DNA of 41,811 nucleotides from Candidatus Parvarchaeota archaeon. Its GTDB lineage: Archaea; Nanobdellota; Nanobdellia; WJKC01. Under the pieces are notes generated by a model. The model ran no database searches. It worked only from the letters and a program-made list of their open reading frames with translations, and was not told the DNA's origin. Shown piece after piece: positions 37,391 through 41,811 of the stretch (positions are counted from its first letter, which is position 1; each line of letters starts with the position of its first letter). The position numbers and the translations under genes are program-made. The DNA lies in the NCBI GenBank assembly GCA_030615175.1, contig JAUWZX010000005.1, positions 1 to 41,811 of the forward strand, read 5' to 3'.

Positions 37391-38065
37391 ATGGGAATTT
37401 TAGGTAAAAAAGGAGAGAAGAAAGAAAGTAAAAGTGACGTCCCTGTTCAAGCAGTTATCAGCATGAGGGATAGAGGATTAACTAATGAGCAAATAATTAA
37501 TCAATTGAAGAGTCAGGGGCACAAACTTCAAAGCATTAGGGATGCATTGACTCAAGCAGAGGTTAAGAGCGCTGCAGTTATGCCTAAAGAACCTGAAATG
37601 CCACCACCTCTTGAAGCTCCTCCGCTCCCGCCGCCTCCAATGCCTGGAGAAGTGACGCCATCTAAAGCGCCTGAAATGCCTGTATTCGGGGCTAAGGTGG
37701 AAAAAGTCAGGGAAGCTAAGATTGAGGAAATGGAGCGTATACTTGAAGAAATCGTTGACGAGCGGTGGAAGGATGTTACTGCTCGTTTCAAGACTCTGGA
37801 AGAATTAAAAGGCAAGATTGAGATAAAGATTGACGAACTTAACATTAAGGTTAATGGCTTGGTTAAGCGCATGGATAACATTAGCAACGTGATGATGACA
37901 AAGGTTGAGGAGTATGATAAGACAATGAAGGATGTTGACGTTGAGATTAAAGCTTTAGAGAAGGTAATGCAAAAACTTGTTCCAAGCATGGCTGAGCAGG
38001 TTAAGGAATTAAGGGATATAGTTACTGGCTTGCGCGGTTCAACTAAGACAATTAGTGAAATCTGA
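37391..38065 (+). CDS. Cytoplasmic protein: small helical domain, Pro-rich linker, coiled coil
   Basis: VISMRDRGLTNEQIINQLKSQG; PPPLEAPPLPPPP; EEIVDERW...EIKALEKVMQKLVP. Confidence 0.85.
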   Translation: MGILGKKGEKKESKSDVPVQAVISMRDRGLTNEQIINQLKSQGHKLQSIRDALTQAEVKSAAVMPKEPEMPPPLEAPPLPPPPMPGEVTPSKAPEMPVFGAKVEKVREAKIEEMERILEEIVDERWKDVTARFKTLEELKGKIEIKIDELNIKVNGLVKRMDNISNVMMTKVEEYDKTMKDVDVEIKALEKVMQKLVPSMAEQVKELRDIVTGLRGSTKTISEI

Positions 38066-38078
38066 TTTTCATAAGTTT

Positions 38079-38756
38079 TTACTTCTTAGGCGCTGTTATT
38101 GCTATTGTTGAAACTAATAGTATTATGAATACCATTATTGCTCCTACTACCTCAGGGGTTCCTAAAGCGTAAGCCACTCCCTGGTAGCCGCCTTTATAAT
38201 ATATTCCTTTTATTAATTGGTATTCCTGCCCATCAACAACTATCATGCTTGGCTTGCCTTCAGCTTCAGTAACGTTTCCAATGTATTCTCCTTGAAACCT
38301 GTTCTCAACAATTAAGTCTCCTGATTCATTAATCATCCGTGCTGGTATCCTGTCCATGGATATAAGCCAGTCCTGCAGTCCTATTATTGTGAAGAGCACT
38401 AAGAGTCCTACCACCATGATTATGAACATTGTGCTCTTTAATGCATTAGCAACTGATTCCTGCGGTGCTCCCAGGAATAAGAATAGTAAGTATCCTATGA
38501 AGAATAGTATGAATAATATCATTAGTACTGGCAGCACTGAGTTCAACCAGTAACCTGCTCCTGCCATGATGAATAAGAATGCAATAGTGAATGCTAGTAT
38601 ACCGTTAATGTCTGCCCTGTCACTTACTATTTTCAACTTCATTAACAGCCCGTACATTACTGCGAAAACTAGTAGGAATGGTATCACGTAGTCAGTTATT
38701 CCTAACTGCTTGAATATGTCTACTGGCATCGCTGTTTTAGGGTATCCTGTTGCCAT
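38079..38756 (-). CDS. Multi-TM membrane protein, paralog 3
   Basis: GITDYVIPFLLVFAVMYGLLMKLKI...INGILA. Confidence 0.85.
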   Translation of the reverse strand: MATGYPKTAMPVDIFKQLGITDYVIPFLLVFAVMYGLLMKLKIVSDRADINGILAFTIAFLFIMAGAGYWLNSVLPVLMILFILFFIGYLLFLFLGAPQESVANALKSTMFIIMVVGLLVLFTIIGLQDWLISMDRIPARMINESGDLIVENRFQGEYIGNVTEAEGKPSMIVVDGQEYQLIKGIYYKGGYQGVAYALGTPEVVGAIMVFIILLVSTIAITAPKK

Positions 38757-38757
38757 T

Positions 38758-39348
38758 CTAGAACTCCCCTTCCAAGTCAATTAATTTCTTAAGTAATCCT
38801 CCCCGCCCACTGCTCTTTTTCTGCCTGCCAGTCATGAATATTAGTAGTATTACGAATATGAATATTCCAAGTATTATAACGCTGCCCCAGTCAACTCCTG
38901 TTATCCTTGGCATTTGTATTCCTGTTAGGTTTAATTCTCCTGCAACGCTTAGCCATGTGAGTATTATTACTGCTCCTATTGCTCCTACAACGATTAATGG
39001 TCTTAGAGGCATGCCGTAGAATCCTTCTTCCTTTTTTGACAGGAAGCCGCCTATTACTATGAATACTAGTAATGCTACTGTCACCATGCCCAGGTATGGG
39101 AACATCTTCGTTATTAGTATTGTTGAGAACGCGCTTGTAGCTGTGAAGTAAGCAATTGCAAGTGCCAGTATTAGCCTGGCCCCCCTATTGTCTTTGAATA
39201 AGTGCACTCTTTCAAGTATTAGGAATATTATTGAGTATATGACTAGGAATACGCTTAGGAATTCTATGCCTGTGACTCCTGGAGGCATTAGTGGTGTCAT
39301 CATTTCGTTTATCAGGTTTATTGAGTTCGCTATCACGTTGGTTGTCAT
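38758..39348 (-). CDS. Multi-TM membrane protein, paralog 2
   Basis: FLSVFLVIYSIIFLILERVHLF...LILALAIA...FPYLG. Confidence 0.85.
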   Translation of the reverse strand: MTTNVIANSINLINEMMTPLMPPGVTGIEFLSVFLVIYSIIFLILERVHLFKDNRGARLILALAIAYFTATSAFSTILITKMFPYLGMVTVALLVFIVIGGFLSKKEEGFYGMPLRPLIVVGAIGAVIILTWLSVAGELNLTGIQMPRITGVDWGSVIILGIFIFVILLIFMTGRQKKSSGRGGLLKKLIDLEGEF

Positions 39349-39351
39349 TAT

Positions 39352-39900
39352 TCATGCACCTTCTTTCTTGCCTGGAGTCTTGCTTATATAATAAATGACT
39401 ATTATGAATGCTAGGAAGAACATTATTCCCCAGAAGTCCACTATTGATAATCCCATTGCTGCCAGTCCTTTGTTAAGGTCTAAATCCACTCCTGCCAGCC
39501 CTATTAGTACTGCTGCTAGGCTTCCAACCACTATTACTGCTCCTATCTGTAATGTTCTCTTTGCGTGCGGTCCTGTAAACCATTCCTCAATGTCTGTGGC
39601 GAACATTGCTATTAACATTAACCCGCATACAATGACTATACTTATGATTGATACCCATGGCAGGAACCCTGTTAGGAATCCTACGAACCAGCCTGTTAGC
39701 ACGCTCGTCATTGCTATTGTGAATGCTATTATCGCATTAACTGCAGGTCCTTTTTCTCCGAATACTTTGGTCTTGCCTAATATTCCATATATTATTGAGA
39801 ATACTAGCAGAAATGGTAGGACTACGTCGAATATCCCGAACTTCTTCCACGTTTCAATTATGCCTATCACAACTGACGTGTCATTAACAGGAACACTCAT
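39352..39900 (-). CDS. Multi-TM membrane protein, paralog 1
   Basis: GIFDVVLPFLLVFSIIYGILGKTKVFG...VNAIIA...LPWVS; upstream AAAACTTTTAAAT BRE/TATA-like element. Confidence 0.85.
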   Translation of the reverse strand: MSVPVNDTSVVIGIIETWKKFGIFDVVLPFLLVFSIIYGILGKTKVFGEKGPAVNAIIAFTIAMTSVLTGWFVGFLTGFLPWVSIISIVIVCGLMLIAMFATDIEEWFTGPHAKRTLQIGAVIVVGSLAAVLIGLAGVDLDLNKGLAAMGLSIVDFWGIMFFLAFIIVIYYISKTPGKKEGA

Positions 39901-39945
39901 ATCATTATTAAAACTAATTGGATAGATTTAAAAGTTTTGCTATGG

Positions 39946-40109
39946 CGTGAATTGCAGGTCTTTGGGATGGTAATCCTTAAATCCTTCTACAATGTATGCT
40001 ACAACTTTCTCCCTGCCTTGTTTCATTCTGACGTGAATTGCAGGTCTTTGGGATGGAAATCATAAAATCCTTTTACAATGTATGCTATCTCTTTCTTTTT
40101 GCCTGGTTT
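39946..40109. repeat. Tandem imperfect 78-bp duplication of a gene 3' end (39946-40023 and 40032-40109)
   Basis: 11 mismatches in 78 bp, with a 25-bp identical block. The downstream copy forms ORF 39940-40026(-) MKQGREKVVAYIVEGFKDYHPKDLQFTP. Confidence 0.92.
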
Positions 40110-40784
40110 TACTCTCACCTTGCCTAATGATAATTGAGTATATTCCCTCCCTTCATGCTTTTCTTTTTTTCCAAGTTTTACTTTTTCATCGCTTTTCATT
40201 ATTTCAAATCCTTCTGGCAGGAAGTCCTTAACATTAATTTTTATCATGTTTTTTCCAATGTTTTCTACAGTAAGGACTATCTTGAACTCGCCTGATTTAC
40301 CTTCGATTGGGATTATTTCTTTTCCTGTCCTGAAACTCATTATCGGCTTATGCTTTTTAATTAATTCCTCAACTTCTTCGCTTAGTATTTCTTGCGATTC
40401 TCCTCTGTTTATTAAGTATTCGTTTATTTTTTCTGCTTCATATTTAATGAATTCAGCCATGTCTTTCCTAATATCTTTTTCCTTTATGTTTTGAATTCTG
40501 TAAACAGCTTCTTTGAATTCCCTTCCACCTTCTTTCCATAAGTTAGTTAGTTCCTTTGCTTGTCCAATGAATATTAATTCGTATAATCCTTTCATTGCCT
40601 GGTTTATTCTTTTAGCATTGCCTTTATAAATTATTTTTATTAATGCATTAATTAATTCTGCGTATAATTCACTGATTAACGCTTTCTTCTTCCCTCTTGC
40701 TTCTAAGCCTCTTGCGCTCATTTGAATTATTGTTTTAAAAGTATTAATTAATTTTTCAACTCCTTCAGCATCAAGTTTCTTCAT
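40023..40784 (-). CDS. Helical region plus C-terminal Ig-like domain; probably the distal part of a frameshifted gene
   Basis: IVLTVENIG...VKDFLPEGF...VKPGKKKEIAYIV beta-sandwich pattern; the frame stays open upstream to 40865 across an A10 tract. Confidence 0.7.
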   Translation of the reverse strand: MKKLDAEGVEKLINTFKTIIQMSARGLEARGKKKALISELYAELINALIKIIYKGNAKRINQAMKGLYELIFIGQAKELTNLWKEGGREFKEAVYRIQNIKEKDIRKDMAEFIKYEAEKINEYLINRGESQEILSEEVEELIKKHKPIMSFRTGKEIIPIEGKSGEFKIVLTVENIGKNMIKINVKDFLPEGFEIMKSDEKVKLGKKEKHEGREYTQLSLGKVRVKPGKKKEIAYIVKGFYDFHPKDLQFTSE

Positions 40785-40831
40785 GGCTTTCTTTAATTCA
40801 GAAATTACTTTGTCCGAACTTGTTTTAGTTA

Positions 40832-41811
40832 TTATTTTTTTTTTAATTCTTCTACTAACTTCTTTTTATCTTTAGGTAGGAAGTCAACTAGTAATGGTTT
40901 ATTACAATGAGGACAGTAAGACGCGTTTTCACCTACTCTTTTTTTACAATAAGGGCATGATTTGCCTCCTTTCTTTATCTTGTAAAGTACAACTTCGGCA
41001 GCGCCTTTACATACAGGACAATGTAATTCCCTTCTTACTTCCCTTTTTCCATTCCGTTCTCTTATTTTTGATAATGCAAAGAACCTCCAATTACACTTCC
41101 CGCAAACGTATTTAAAAACGTAATCCTTAACTCCTTGTTTTTCAAGTAATTCAAGTACGCTCTTATTTCTTTCAGTTATTTCCTTGCTTAATCCATCTAA
41201 TTTGCCTTCATTTACTTTCTGCCCGCGCTCCTTCATAATTAAAAACTTTTTAAATCTTATAGAGTCCTCAATTAACATTAACAGGTTTTCGAAAAACTTA
41301 GTAACATTCATTCTATGAGTAACTCTTTCTACTCCAGTGCCGTAACTTTCTACTTCAGTTTCGTAAGGGCGATGCCCAAGATAACGATGATATTTAATAG
41401 ATGTTTGCTGCTTTACGTAATACTTATGCAGTCTTTTTAGTTTGACTTTTGATGTTTCAAGCTTACTTATTTTTCTTGTCTTTTCTGTATTAATCTTGTC
41501 CTGGTCAATTGAACCGTCAGCCTTTAGTGGCACTTCCTTCTCAACTCTCTCTCTTTCCTTCCTTCTCTTCCTTGATTCCTTTAGCCTTGTTGCTGGCGGC
41601 GCTCCAAACGGTTCTCCCAGAGGAAGTCTTTCAATTCTTTCTTTGGTGGCTGGTCTTGCCTTTGATAAACTAAGCTTGCTAAACAACTTAATAACCGAAA
41701 TCACTCCAATAACAACCATTATAAAAGTAATCACGCCCTGACCCATCTGACTAGCAATACCAGCCATAGTAAAACTAGCAAAAGTAAGCAAAACCCAAGC
41801 AGAAAACTCAC
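40832..41811 (-). CDS. Membrane-anchored basic protein with zinc ribbons; 5'-truncated by the window edge
   Basis: TM segments; CGKC, CPVC, CPYC and CPHC; frame open to the window edge; stops immediately after an A10 run. Confidence 0.75.
   Translation of the reverse strand, partial: EFSAWVLLTFASFTMAGIASQMGQGVITFIMVVIGVISVIKLFSKLSLSKARPATKERIERLPLGEPFGAPPATRLKESRKRRKERERVEKEVPLKADGSIDQDKINTEKTRKISKLETSKVKLKRLHKYYVKQQTSIKYHRYLGHRPYETEVESYGTGVERVTHRMNVTKFFENLLMLIEDSIRFKKFLIMKERGQKVNEGKLDGLSKEITERNKSVLELLEKQGVKDYVFKYVCGKCNWRFFALSKIRERNGKREVRRELHCPVCKGAAEVVLYKIKKGGKSCPYCKKRVGENASYCPHCNKPLLVDFLPKDKKKLVEELKKK

Noticed and set aside
25150..39354. Stop-codon reassignment suggested by in-frame stop/start junctions
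   Set aside because: TAA, TAG and TGA all terminate genes normally, and the long ORFs are intact under code 11.
39946..40109. Classical DGR template/variable repeat pair
   Set aside because: Mismatches are not confined to adenines of one copy (6 vs 3, and 2 with no A), there is no AAY-rich template and no RT in the window. Kept only as a variant-cassette finding.
596..41741. Numerous 60-176 aa ORFs in the track that are antisense or out-of-frame within larger genes (e.g. 596-1009, 3301-3693, 15798-16133, 37552-37989, 39395-39925)
   Set aside because: Fully overlap well-supported genes, have no motifs, and their composition is explained by the opposite strand.
1..41811. CRISPR array, rRNA, intact tRNA, transposase/integrase, prepilin peptidase
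   Set aside because: No regularly spaced repeats, structured RNA signatures or corresponding protein motifs were seen by eye.

Overview
Archaeal chromosomal window, most consistent with a DPANN (Nanobdellota-like) genome: class III signal peptides, GGTG(A)/GGAGG Shine-Dalgarno motifs and TATA boxes about 25 nt upstream of apparently leaderless starts. The taxonomy is an inference. The left 11.7 kb is an AT-rich accessory region. It holds a small HNH nuclease, a C5 cytosine methyltransferase convergent with a Zn/HNH-type restriction endonuclease, a winged-helix regulator with a clear repeat operator, a Mig/MutY-like HhH-GPD glycosylase, a lamin-tail lipoprotein and a two-domain ArsA/GET3-like ATPase. 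It also holds a 2.5-kb four-gene block bracketed by a ~64-bp direct repeat that gives two unrelated genes the same C-terminus (KLEERTSY). From 11.7 to 36.9 kb is a ~25-kb minus-strand type IV pilus-like locus: an intein-containing VirB11/CpaF ATPase, a TadC/GspF-like platform protein, 16 consecutive pilin-like ORFs (4 missing from the ORF track) and a 1574-aa Cys-rich adhesin. Two of the giant pilin-like proteins carry transglutaminase-like Cys motifs and two carry hydrophobic or cationic amphipathic helices. The right end has two divergent coiled-coil genes (one lacks a canonical start codon), three paralogous membrane proteins, and a gene split at an A10 tract whose 3' end is followed by a variant duplicate. 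No CRISPR array, rRNA, intact tRNA, integrase, reverse transcriptase or prepilin peptidase was recognised.
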